A DNA stretch of 64,000 nt, from positions 1 to 64,000 of the forward strand of contig CAZUFC010000027.1 in the NCBI GenBank assembly GCA_964619725.1, in the 5' to 3' direction. Shown here in pieces: positions 10,841 through 20,658 of the stretch (the stretch's first letter is position 1; every line of letters starts with the position of its first letter). The DNA comes from an uncultured bacterium. Lineage in GTDB: Bacteria > CSSED10-310 > CAZUFC01. Both the position numbers and the translations under genes were made by a program. A model generated the notes under the pieces. That model saw only the letters and a list, made by a program, of their open reading frames with translations, had not been told where the DNA came from and searched no databases.

Positions 10841-10881
10841 AAAAGTTTTATATAAAAGTGCAGCCCCAATACGATCAGTCC
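10841..10881. repeat. Degenerate right end of the 1615-1753 element family
   Basis: aaaagttttatataaaagtgcagccccaatacgatcagtcc aligns by eye with aaaagttctgaaagaagtgtaaccccggtttaatcagtcc. Confidence 0.45.
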
Positions 10882-10960
10882 AAAAATTCCGTTTCTTTCT
10901 TAAGACGGTTAATTTTCAGATAACGGTTTAAGCTTATACAAATGATTTAATATGAAAGGC

Positions 10961-11014
10961 GTCCCTTCCGTCCTTTAGGTCCCTTAGGTCCCTTAGGTCC
11001 CTTTGTCCCTTTGT
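10961..11014 (+). repeat. Second GTCCCTT(A)G tandem array (6 units)
   Basis: Same unit and orientation as 1777-1844. Confidence 0.9.
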
Positions 11015-11264
11015 ATTAAAGCCCCTGCCCGAATTCAATCAAATCCTGATCGCCCCGGCATAGTTCACTTCTTCGTTCAGCATGGCGCCGCGTGATTGAA
11101 GGTGCGGGGGATATGGACGCTCGTAATAGGTTTTGTATGAGAAATAAGGGCCGGCGCCTTTTCTCAGTTGCCGAACCATATTTCTTTAATGCAAAAGCAT
11201 CTTGTTGCATAAGCTCAATGATGGTAACTTAACGGGGGAGTTGAAAGCATCAGGAGATGCCGGC

Positions 11265-13529
11265 ATGACGGACGACAAAACATCTGACGGGTCGCGATAT
11301 TACAATTTACTGTTTCCTTCTTTGCTCATGTTGCTGGTTCTGCTCATTTTTCTTCAAACACTGAATTTTGGATTAACGGGTTATGATGAAAAATGGCAGG
11401 TATTGGAAAATCCGCTGATACGGGGGCTGGGATTCGATTATATTTACAGGATGTTCACACGGCTCTGGATCACCAGTTACTATCCCGTCAGACTTCTCTC
11501 TTTTGCCCTGGATTATGCCGTATGGGGTCTGGATCCCACTGGGTACCATCTGACGAACCTGCTGCTGCACCTGCTCAACGTGCTTCTGGCCTTCATGTTG
11601 ATTCTTAAATTGCAGGACAACCTTGAACCGAAAGCTTTTTTCGTTGAATTTGCAGAGGATGAAAATGGATTCTTCAAAAAATGCGGGGCTCTATTCAGAA
11701 AAAAAATGGATCGTTTTCTGGCGCTTCCTCCACGTAAAATCACCATTTCCGCTATTGCAGCCGGTTTATTTGCCGTCCATCCCGTCGTAGTGGAACCGGT
11801 CGCCTGGATCGGAGGACGGGAAGAACTCCTGGCCGTTTTTTTCAGCTTAATCGCTTTTCATTTTTATCTGGCTTATGCTTTTTTGCGGGAAAAGACTCAA
11901 ACTGATGATGAGGGAGCTGAAAAGCAAAAGCTGAAAAACAGGTATCTGGGGATAGCTGTCGCTAGTTTCGCTGCGGCTTGTCTCAGCAATATTACTGCCG
12001 CTGTTTTGCCGTTTATTCTGGTTTGTTATGAATTTCTGCGAGTGAAAAATATATCGAAAACTCTGAAATCAGCTTCTGCAATCCTTTACTTCCTGGTTAT
12101 CACTCTGATTGCTGTCGGCGTAAAACTAAGCCTGGCCGGAGATGCCCCTTCTATGCTGCGAAGGGGGGATGCGGCTGCACTTACCTTAACAGAGCGATTA
12201 TTGACGGCTTTGAACTCCTTGTGGTTTAACGTCAGGAGTCTCATCTGGCCCTTCGATCTGACTGTCAGGTATCCCAATTTCGTGCCGGAAAGCATTTTTA
12301 CGCCGGGTGTTATTGCCGGGGTTTTTATCATTGGGATTTTTGTTTTTCTTCTGTTGGAGGCGTTCAAAAGGCGACTGCTGTCGTTCGGGATTCTCTGGTT
12401 CCTCATTGCCCTGTCGCCGGGCCTCCTGGTTTTTAATAAGTATGTTTTCAGAGCAGACCGGTTTTTGTATTTCCCTCTGATCGGACTGGCTCTGGCAGTT
12501 TCCTATCTGATCAGGGAAGCGCTGACGAACAAAAAGAAAACCGGTTTAACGACAGCATTGACGATCGTTATTCTTGGGTTCTTCACCGTCCGCAGCATTT
12601 CCCAGGTGCAGATATGGCAGAATGGACTGACTCTGTTCCATCATGCTGTCAAAGCAAACAAGAATTTTTATACAGGATATATTTTGCTGGGTGAGGAGCT
12701 GGCGGCTCAAGGAAAAGCTGCCGAAGCCGCGGGAATGTTCGAGACGGCCATGAGATTAAACCCTCAACTGCCTGACAGTTACAATAATCTGGGCTTGCTC
12801 CTGCAGTTGAGCGGAAAAAAAGAAGAAGCTTTTAAACTGTATCGGCAGGCTCTGGAAATTGATCCGGCATCTCCGAAAGCTCATTTCAACATGGGTAATT
12901 ATTTCCGGGACCAGATGAAATTAGAAGAAGCTGCGGCTCATTACAGGAAAGCTCTTGAAAAAAACCCGGAAGACATCAGAATACTCAATAACCTCGGTTT
13001 GACTCTCGCTGATATGGGAAATCTGAACGAAGCGGAATACTATTTCAAGAAAGCCCTTGCGACAGGTATGGACGATGCTTTGACTTTTTATAACCTGGGT
13101 AATGTAGTGAAGGCGCAGGGCAGACTTCAGGAGGCTTTGAATTACTTTATGCGGGCTCTCGAAAAAAATCCCCAAAACGTTAAAGTTCTCAACAACCTGG
13201 GTATAACTCTGGCCGGAATGCGACAATACGATCAGGCGATGAAACATTTCAGCCGGGCGGTCGACATATATCCGGAATATCCCGATACTTATTACAACAT
13301 GGGCGTAGCGCTGATGGAAATGGGACGATTTCAGAATGCCGAGGCGCAATACAGGAAGGCGTTGCAGATAGCGCCTGATTACGCCGCAGCTCTTTTCAAC
13401 CTCGGAGTGCTGCATTTTCGTACGGGAAACCCGCAGGCTGCGCTGAAGGACCTGGAGAGGCTGGAAAAGATCGATCCGAACCTGGCGAAACGTCTATATG
13501 ATATGATGAACGGAGATGCCGGGCCGTAA
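11265..13529 (+). CDS. TMTC-like multi-TM (GT-C-like) protein with C-terminal TPRs
   Basis: GYDE..ENP, YYPVRLLSFALD, GYHLTNLLLH, LFAVHPVVVEPVAWI.GR, ADRFLYFP, about 8 TPRs. ATG at 11265 follows AGGAG. Confidence 0.82.
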   Translation: MTDDKTSDGSRYYNLLFPSLLMLLVLLIFLQTLNFGLTGYDEKWQVLENPLIRGLGFDYIYRMFTRLWITSYYPVRLLSFALDYAVWGLDPTGYHLTNLLLHLLNVLLAFMLILKLQDNLEPKAFFVEFAEDENGFFKKCGALFRKKMDRFLALPPRKITISAIAAGLFAVHPVVVEPVAWIGGREELLAVFFSLIAFHFYLAYAFLREKTQTDDEGAEKQKLKNRYLGIAVASFAAACLSNITAAVLPFILVCYEFLRVKNISKTLKSASAILYFLVITLIAVGVKLSLAGDAPSMLRRGDAAALTLTERLLTALNSLWFNVRSLIWPFDLTVRYPNFVPESIFTPGVIAGVFIIGIFVFLLLEAFKRRLLSFGILWFLIALSPGLLVFNKYVFRADRFLYFPLIGLALAVSYLIREALTNKKKTGLTTALTIVILGFFTVRSISQVQIWQNGLTLFHHAVKANKNFYTGYILLGEELAAQGKAAEAAGMFETAMRLNPQLPDSYNNLGLLLQLSGKKEEAFKLYRQALEIDPASPKAHFNMGNYFRDQMKLEEAAAHYRKALEKNPEDIRILNNLGLTLADMGNLNEAEYYFKKALATGMDDALTFYNLGNVVKAQGRLQEALNYFMRALEKNPQNVKVLNNLGITLAGMRQYDQAMKHFSRAVDIYPEYPDTYYNMGVALMEMGRFQNAEAQYRKALQIAPDYAAALFNLGVLHFRTGNPQAALKDLERLEKIDPNLAKRLYDMMNGDAGP

Positions 13530-15906
13530 AAGGCAGCCGGATTCCAAAGGAAAAATGTCGGAAAAAGAATCAGTCAAAAATCGGCAGGATGCAGGCCGCT
13601 TTCGCTCCAGCAAAATATTGAATTATCAGAATATAAGTAAATCAATGCTCCCGGCGCTGTTGATATTCACTTTTGCGGTCTACTCCAACAGCATGAATAA
13701 TGATTTCACTTATGACGATCCTTTGGTGACTTTTCAGAGTTCTTTAACCCGTGGAGAAGTTCCCTGGCAAGTCCTTTTTACGGCAGATTATTTCGAGATG
13801 TCCTTCGAAGCGTCGTACCGGCCCATGGTTACTTTGACTTATATGTCGGATCATTTTTTCTGGAATTTCAATCCGATGGGTTACCATCTGACGAATATTC
13901 TGATTCATCTGGCGAATGTCGTGCTGGGTTATTATCTTTTGATCCGGTTGTTCGGTTTTACGACCGCTGCTGCCGGCGCCGCATTGTTCGGCATTCATCC
14001 CGGATTGACCGAAACGGTTAATGCTGTCGCTTTTCGTGAGGATTCTCTCTGCCTGATGTTTTCATTGGGTGCGCTGCTCCTGCTTCTGAAGGACAGAAAA
14101 AAGATTGAACCGTTGACCGTTGCGGGTTCCTCGATTCTTTTTGCCGCGGCATTGTTATCCAAAGAAAATGCGCTCATCATGCCGGTCGCGGCCGCTGCGA
14201 CGGTGTGGATCATGAAAGGCAGAAAAGCGTTCAAAAAAAGAATAGTCGAATGGTTCGCCTGGTCCGGCATCACCATTATTTTTCTCATAATCAGATTCGT
14301 AATTCTAGGCAATCCGAACCGTGATCCCGTATTTACTTACCAGATGACTCCTTTACAGAAAATTCTCAACGCTCCCGTTATGATTCTAAGGATGCTGGAG
14401 ACGGCGCTCATGCCGGTAGTGCTGTCGGCTGATCATGAATTCACCCCTTATGTCTCACTGTTGAATATTCACGTTATAGTCGGCTGGACGGTATTAATTT
14501 TCATGATGGTTCTGCTTTTCAAAGCCGGTAAAAAATGGAAATGGCCAGTCGCCTGGTTCCTCATCACCATGCTGCCGGTTTTAAATGTGTATCCGCTCAC
14601 GCAACCCATTGCCGAACGCTTCCTGTATATGCCTTTTGTAGGAATAGCCGCAGCCTTCGGATACATTGTAAGCCGCTATTGGATGCACCGCTATGTTAAA
14701 TTTGCAGTCGTTATAGTATTGATGTTAGCGGCTTCAAAGACTTACGTGAGGAACAGGGATTGGAAAGACAACTGGACTTTGTTCAATGCCGCTTACAAGT
14801 ATCCGCATACATACCGCACTTTGACTAATCTGGCTCCCCTGTTAAGAGAGCAGGGGCGTCATGAACAATCACTGGCTCTGATAAGGCAAGCGATAAAAAA
14901 AAGTCCCCACGTAGCGCAGCTTTACAGCAACCTGTGCCTGGGCTTGATCCGTGTGGGTGAATTTGAAGAAGCGGCGGCTGCCGGTGAAAAAGCCCTTCTG
15001 TTGAAACCCGATTATCCCGCGACGCATCACAACTTAGGCTATGCATACTATAAAATGGGCTATATGGACAAGGCTGTCCATGCACTGGAAAAGAGCCTGG
15101 AGCTGGACGACAAACTGGTGAAGTCCTTTATGCTGCTCGCTGAGATATATCAGAAAACAGGCCGGCACGGAAAAGCGGTGAATTACGCATACAGGGCTCT
15201 CCAACTGGACCCCGAATCATTGGAAACTCATCAGTCTCTGGCAGATATTCTCATTGCTCAGGAAAAATGGCAGGAAGCGGAAAAAGTGATAAAAAATATC
15301 CTCTCAATCGATCCCCAAAATGCAGGAATGCACTATAGGCTGGGTACGGTTTATTCCGCCCGGAAAGAAAACAGGGCCGCAATAAGGGAATACTCCACTG
15401 TAATCTCATTAGTTCCTGCCCATATTGAAGCCAGGATGAGATTAGGAATAGAACTGAGAAGAACAGGCAACCTGGAATCCGCTTTAAGAGAATTAGATAC
15501 CGTCCGCCGCATAGCCCCAAACGATCCGAGGGCCCGCTTTATGCTCGGTTCATGTTTATATGAATCAGGCAGCTATAAAAAAGGCATAGAAGCAATGAAC
15601 CACGCTATCAGCATTGATCAGAATTATCTGCCTGCATTGCTGGAAATCGCTCTCGCCTACGCATTTGTTCCGCAAGAGAATCTGAAAAATATACCCAAAG
15701 CGATTCAGCAAGCGGAAAAAGCAGTCATGTTGACGGAAAGCAAAGATTGGGCAGTATTAATAGTAAAGTCAAAAGTGATGAAAGCCGCCGGAAAGGCAGA
15801 GCAAGCAAAAATAGCGATAAACAAAGCAGAAAGCCTGAAGAACGAAGGCGGAGACACCGTAGCGCCGGGCATTGATGAGGTGCTGCCAATATATATCAGG
15901 GATTGA
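13516..15906 (+). CDS. TMTC-like multi-TM protein with C-terminal TPRs
   Basis: FTYDD, YRPMVTLTY, GYHLTNILIH, LFGIHP..TETV, LLSKENA, AERFLYMP, RNRDWKD, TPR array. Confidence 0.85.
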   Translation: MPGRKRQPDSKGKMSEKESVKNRQDAGRFRSSKILNYQNISKSMLPALLIFTFAVYSNSMNNDFTYDDPLVTFQSSLTRGEVPWQVLFTADYFEMSFEASYRPMVTLTYMSDHFFWNFNPMGYHLTNILIHLANVVLGYYLLIRLFGFTTAAAGAALFGIHPGLTETVNAVAFREDSLCLMFSLGALLLLLKDRKKIEPLTVAGSSILFAAALLSKENALIMPVAAAATVWIMKGRKAFKKRIVEWFAWSGITIIFLIIRFVILGNPNRDPVFTYQMTPLQKILNAPVMILRMLETALMPVVLSADHEFTPYVSLLNIHVIVGWTVLIFMMVLLFKAGKKWKWPVAWFLITMLPVLNVYPLTQPIAERFLYMPFVGIAAAFGYIVSRYWMHRYVKFAVVIVLMLAASKTYVRNRDWKDNWTLFNAAYKYPHTYRTLTNLAPLLREQGRHEQSLALIRQAIKKSPHVAQLYSNLCLGLIRVGEFEEAAAAGEKALLLKPDYPATHHNLGYAYYKMGYMDKAVHALEKSLELDDKLVKSFMLLAEIYQKTGRHGKAVNYAYRALQLDPESLETHQSLADILIAQEKWQEAEKVIKNILSIDPQNAGMHYRLGTVYSARKENRAAIREYSTVISLVPAHIEARMRLGIELRRTGNLESALRELDTVRRIAPNDPRARFMLGSCLYESGSYKKGIEAMNHAISIDQNYLPALLEIALAYAFVPQENLKNIPKAIQQAEKAVMLTESKDWAVLIVKSKVMKAAGKAEQAKIAINKAESLKNEGGDTVAPGIDEVLPIYIRD

Positions 15907-15910
15907 CGAG

Positions 15911-15923
15911 GGGGTCAGAGCCC
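15911..15923 (+). repeat. REP-like motif GGGGTCAGAGCCC, copy 1
   Basis: Exact 13-mer followed by TTCCGG, as in the copies at 20161 and 23043. Confidence 0.85.
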
Positions 15924-15934
15924 TTCCGGAAGCC

Positions 15935-16111
15935 TTGACAGATATATGGTACCATCTGAGCGATATGCCGACAGCTCGTTCCCAACTGGCTGCAGCCGTT
16001 TGCGAAAGAAGCATTTATGTGCTCGGCGGCAATGACGGCGACAACATTACCGTCGATCTCAACGAAGAATTTCTGGCCCCTGAAGTCTTTTATATTCATG
16101 AAAAAGATTAG
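15935..16111 (+). pseudogene. 3' fragment of a Kelch-repeat protein
   Basis: W..LSDMPTARSQLAAAV...IYVLGG is a Kelch blade; no credible start of its own; begins right after the REP-like motif. Confidence 0.65.
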
Positions 16112-16183
16112 GGGGAATGCTTAACCCGGTAAGTCTGCCGTCTCTAAACTTCAGTCTCAAGCAAAGAATATCAATGCGCTGCC

Positions 16184-16270
16184 GAGGGCTCTGACCCCTT
16201 CGCAAATCCTTCCTGGGCCTTTAAGTGCGGAGGGCTCTGACCCCCTAGCAAATTCTTCCTGGGCTTTAAA
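16184..16270 (-). repeat. Two tandem ~46-bp units carrying the inverted REP-like motif (16186-16198, 16232-16244)
   Basis: gagggctctgacccc..gcaaat.cttcctgggc..ttaa occurs twice. Confidence 0.85.
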
Positions 16271-16426
16271 ATCCCCTCCTCAGCGTTGAATTGGGCAGGT
16301 CTCTTCCTCTGCCAGCGCCTAAGTGTGAACAAGACATCATAAAGTTTGGACAAAGGAGGGATATGTCTGTAAATTATCATTGAATTTTTCTTTTTGCCCG
16401 TCGGTTAACATGTGTAGGATTCAAAT

Positions 16427-19400
16427 ATGAGGGAAAACTTATCATCAGTCAACCAGGAGTGGCTTGATTCTTTCAGGAAAGAATGGGACGGTTCTGTGGA
16501 GGGTAAGCAGAGGGCGACTGTAAGCGGCGGCGACAAGGTTCGTCTGAAGGGCGGCGAGCGGCGATATGTTACGGCGATGCATCTGGATTTAAAGGGATAT
16601 ACATCTTTATCGGAGAAGCTGGATCATGAAGTTGTGGCTGATATGATGGACGGTTTGTTCGATTCCATTAAGAGGAGGATCGACGCTTACGGGGGATGGA
16701 TAGAGAAGCTGGAAGGCGATGCGATACTGGCTGCATTCGGTTCGATGAAGGCGCATGAAGATGATGCCGTCAGAGCGGTGGAAGCGGCGCTGTCGATTCA
16801 GGAATCTTTGTCTCGTGTGAGTTCATTGTTAAGAGAACGAGGGTTTGACATCCTCATTCGCATCGGCATCCATTCCGGTGAAGTGACGAGGACGCGTCGC
16901 TCCGGATATGACGTCATTACGGGCGATACGGTGAATACTGCGGCCCGGATTGAGCAGAACAGCGAACCGGGAGCCACAGTGATTTCTGACGAAGTCATGA
17001 AGTTGACTGGAGGATTTTTCCGGTATGGGGAATGTGAGGAAATTAAGGCTAAAGGGAAAAAAGCGCCGATAAAGGTCTATCCGGTTAAAGGGCATGCGGT
17101 TCGAAGGGAGCGTTGGGAAAGGTCGTTTTTATCGGCTCGCACTGGATTTATAGGCCGCAAAGCTGAACTTAACCGATTGCGTGAGCTGTATGACGGAAGC
17201 AGTGAAAGTTGTATCAGGACAGAAGAAGATAAACAGCGAAGGACTCATGATATTGTAGTCGCAGGCATAGAAGGACCAGCCGGCATGGGTAAATCCCGTC
17301 TTGTCGATGAATTTCTTCTACGCTTGAAAACTGAAAAAGAAACTAAAAATACTGGGAATAAAATTCCTGTTTTCAAAGGATTTGCGCGCAGCTACGCGTC
17401 CAGGCCTTTCGAGATTTTTATATCTCTCATCATGGACTTCCTGGGTTTGTCCAGCTTCAGCGTTGACGTCCAAAAACGGCTTGAAGAAATGATAGATAAG
17501 ATTCCGGCATCTTATGAGAAAAAAGATGAACTGCGTAAAGCCCTTCCCATGCTGGGTTATTTGATCGGCATACGCTACGACGATCCGCGGTTCGGTTTGC
17601 TTGATCCTCAAAACCTGCAGACAGAAATTTTTATCGCTCTCAGACATTTGATAGAAGAATTCATTGTACATCAACGACAAAAGCAACAAAACACGGTTAT
17701 TCTGGTTTTTGAAGATTTTCATTGGGCAGATGAATCGTCACGGAAAGCATTCTCTTTTTTACTGAAAAATATGCAACCCAAATGTCCTCTGATGATCCTC
17801 ACCGTGTATCGGCCGGAAGGACCGCCGGGGTTGCCGACAATCGGGAATTTCGAGTTTTTTCATATACGGCCTTCCGGTTTTTCTAAAGAGGATGAAACGG
17901 CTCTAATAGAAGGCATGTTGGGAGAAAAGACAGTCCTGCCGCAGAAATTGAAAAACCTCATTAATCAAAAAGGGGCCGGCAATCCCTATTATATTGAAGA
18001 ACTCGTTCACCACATGGTCGATAAAAACATCATCAAGCAAACAGGGGAAAAATGGAGATTCACAGGTGATTTTTCCGCGGCGGGCATTCCCGTGACGCTC
18101 CGGGGACTTATTCAAGCTCGTATCGATTCGCTGAAATCGGATTCAAAGCGAGTGATTCAAAACGCCTCGGTTATCGGATCAGAATTTTTTTTCGATACCC
18201 TAAAACGGGTTATGGACCGTCTGGAAGAAAAATTGAACTTGGAATATTCCCTGAATGAATTGGCAGAGCTTTCCTTTATTTCAGGTGATGAAGAGGTTGC
18301 TCTGGTTGTGGATGAAACCGGAATTGGAGACAAGGACGACGATGAAGCGCCTGGCTCCTCTCGCAAGTTTTATGCCTTTAAGCATGTATTAACGCGAGAC
18401 GTAGCTTATGAATCGCTTAGACTGTCTGACCGGCGAATTTTACATCAATTATGCGCGGAAGTGATCGAAGAAAAATACGCTTCTAACCTGTCCAATTTTC
18501 ACACTATACTGGCCGAACACTGGGAAATGTGCGGGAATCTTGAGAAAGCCGTCGATTATTATTGGAAAGTGGGGAAGAAAGCGGCTGAAACTTTTGATAA
18601 TGAGCAGGCGCTGAAAGCTTATACGAAAATTATTGAATTCATGTCCGATGACGAAATTCATGCTGATTTCATAAGCAAGGTTCTGGAGAAGCGCGGAATA
18701 ATTTTTAAACTTATCGGACAGATGGACATGGCGGAAAAGGATTTCCATCGGGGATTGCTGCTGGCAGGCAAGTATAATGATAAAGCCCGTGAAGCTGCAT
18801 TTTTATTGAGAATCGGCAAGATTGATTTTGACAGAGGTCATTATGATTCTGCATTCAACAAATATAAAAGCGCGTCAGATTACTCGCGGCTGAGCTTCGA
18901 TTTTTTTCTTGAAGCCCTTTCCCAATTGAATATAGGTCTGTCGTTAATGGCAAAAGGAGAATATGAAGAAGCCGAAAAATGGATAATGCAAGCAAGAAGA
19001 ACAGCTCAAAAAAAGGAAAACATGGAAGTTGAGATGCTCGCCCTGGATTCACTCGGTCGACTTTATTATACGAAAGCCGATTTTGACGACTCTGCGGATT
19101 GTTACCGACAATCGATCGAACTGAGTCGTGAACTGGGCGACAGAAGATCGGAGAGCGCATCGATGACTAATCTGGCCGGCGTATTCCTGGAAAAGAAGAA
19201 GTATGAGAAAGCTAAGTTTTATCTGGAACAGGCTTTAAAAATAGTCCAGGAAACAGGCGACCGAAAAACCGAATGTGCGACTTACAATAACATGGCCAAT
19301 ATTCACATACACATGAAACAGTATGATGAAGCGCTCGAATTATACAGGAGGTCAGCTCAAGTGGCATCCAAAATTGGAAACAAGCACGCAGAGAGTACGA

Positions 19401-20089
19401 TATTATTCAACACTGCTTATATCAGCAGGAAATTAGGGCGATATGAAGTTTCACTCACGATGCTCAAAACCGTCAGAACCCTAACTGGAGAAATGAATGC
19501 CGTTTATCTGGAAACTGCCGCGCTTCTTAATATGGGATACGCTTACAGTGACCTTTATTGTTTTGAACAAGCCCGGGAGAATTTCGAAAGTGTCATCAGA
19601 ATCAGTCGCGAAAAGGGAATGAAAAAAATCGAAAGTGAAGCATTAACGAACATGGCCTTAATTCATTTAACTCTTGAGAACCTGGACGGAGCTATGAAAT
19701 ACATTGACGAAGCCCTGAAGGTTCAAACGTCAGAAAAAGATGAAGCCATATTTTCTCTAAGCTTAAAAGCTAGAATACTGTTCAGCTATGGTCAGATTAA
19801 AAAAGCCGAAGAACTGTCGTTAAAAGCCGTAAAGCGTTATGAAAAAATTGTAAGCGAGAGCGGGAAGACCGGCATAGACGACAAACAGATTCCATTTACT
19901 CATTATCTGATTTTGAAAGCCAAGAAGGACAAACGTGCCGCCGAATACCTGGAAAAAGCATATCGACTGATGCAGCGATCAATTGAAACAATAGCAAGTA
20001 AGGCAGACCGCAGGAACTTGAAAAACAACTTTAAAAATAAGCCTATAGTTCAGGAATGGAAGAAAATGCATCCCATCGAAAGTTCCTGA
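16427..20089 (+). CDS. Class III adenylate/guanylate cyclase - STAND-type AAA ATPase - TPR protein
   Basis: DLKGYTSLSE, EKLEGDAILAAFG, RIGIHSG, GDTVNTAARIE, Walker A GPAGMGKS, Walker B VFEDFHWAD, GNPYY, FKHVLTRDVAY, TPRs. Confidence 0.9.
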   Translation: MRENLSSVNQEWLDSFRKEWDGSVEGKQRATVSGGDKVRLKGGERRYVTAMHLDLKGYTSLSEKLDHEVVADMMDGLFDSIKRRIDAYGGWIEKLEGDAILAAFGSMKAHEDDAVRAVEAALSIQESLSRVSSLLRERGFDILIRIGIHSGEVTRTRRSGYDVITGDTVNTAARIEQNSEPGATVISDEVMKLTGGFFRYGECEEIKAKGKKAPIKVYPVKGHAVRRERWERSFLSARTGFIGRKAELNRLRELYDGSSESCIRTEEDKQRRTHDIVVAGIEGPAGMGKSRLVDEFLLRLKTEKETKNTGNKIPVFKGFARSYASRPFEIFISLIMDFLGLSSFSVDVQKRLEEMIDKIPASYEKKDELRKALPMLGYLIGIRYDDPRFGLLDPQNLQTEIFIALRHLIEEFIVHQRQKQQNTVILVFEDFHWADESSRKAFSFLLKNMQPKCPLMILTVYRPEGPPGLPTIGNFEFFHIRPSGFSKEDETALIEGMLGEKTVLPQKLKNLINQKGAGNPYYIEELVHHMVDKNIIKQTGEKWRFTGDFSAAGIPVTLRGLIQARIDSLKSDSKRVIQNASVIGSEFFFDTLKRVMDRLEEKLNLEYSLNELAELSFISGDEEVALVVDETGIGDKDDDEAPGSSRKFYAFKHVLTRDVAYESLRLSDRRILHQLCAEVIEEKYASNLSNFHTILAEHWEMCGNLEKAVDYYWKVGKKAAETFDNEQALKAYTKIIEFMSDDEIHADFISKVLEKRGIIFKLIGQMDMAEKDFHRGLLLAGKYNDKAREAAFLLRIGKIDFDRGHYDSAFNKYKSASDYSRLSFDFFLEALSQLNIGLSLMAKGEYEEAEKWIMQARRTAQKKENMEVEMLALDSLGRLYYTKADFDDSADCYRQSIELSRELGDRRSESASMTNLAGVFLEKKKYEKAKFYLEQALKIVQETGDRKTECATYNNMANIHIHMKQYDEALELYRRSAQVASKIGNKHAESTILFNTAYISRKLGRYEVSLTMLKTVRTLTGEMNAVYLETAALLNMGYAYSDLYCFEQARENFESVIRISREKGMKKIESEALTNMALIHLTLENLDGAMKYIDEALKVQTSEKDEAIFSLSLKARILFSYGQIKKAEELSLKAVKRYEKIVSESGKTGIDDKQIPFTHYLILKAKKDKRAAEYLEKAYRLMQRSIETIASKADRRNLKNNFKNKPIVQEWKKMHPIESS

Positions 20090-20160
20090 AATGTCGGATA
20101 AACAAGTTCCTGAATTATAAGAATGCAAAACACGCCATAAAGTTGAATTGCCGTGAAAAC

Positions 20161-20173
20161 GGGGTCAGAGCCC
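20161..20173 (+). repeat. REP-like motif GGGGTCAGAGCCC
   Basis: Exact match followed by TTCCGGAAACCTTG. Confidence 0.85.
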
Positions 20174-20658
20174 TTCCGGAAACCTTGCCGTTCCGAGGAG
20201 AAAAGCGCACAATTGTATTATTTTTTAAATTCAATAAATTTTCCATTGAAGAAATAAAAATTCAAATTTTTTGAAAAAAATTCAAAAAATTTGACCCTCT
20301 CTTTGTTAAGGCCTGGCTTTATTTTATGGTTTTTCAGCAAGATTTTTATTCAAAAGAAGTCAAAAATTTTGAATTTTCGGTAGTGGATATACGATTTCCG
20401 TAGGCGGAAAGAGTGATTTATTTGAAAAATATAATCATCGGGTGAAATTATCCAGAGTATCATGGAGGCTTATGAATTAAAGTTCTTAATTGAAGCGAGA
20501 GTTTCTTTACGAGTCCTGACATTTTTTCTATGCACTTTAGTCGGCAGCCGGCATCTTTTTTGCTAATTTTTGAAACCGATCGACAGATCACATTTTTGAT
20601 GTTTAACACGGTTCAAAAATTCACGTTTAAGACTGAAATTAAAGGAAAGGAGGTAAAA

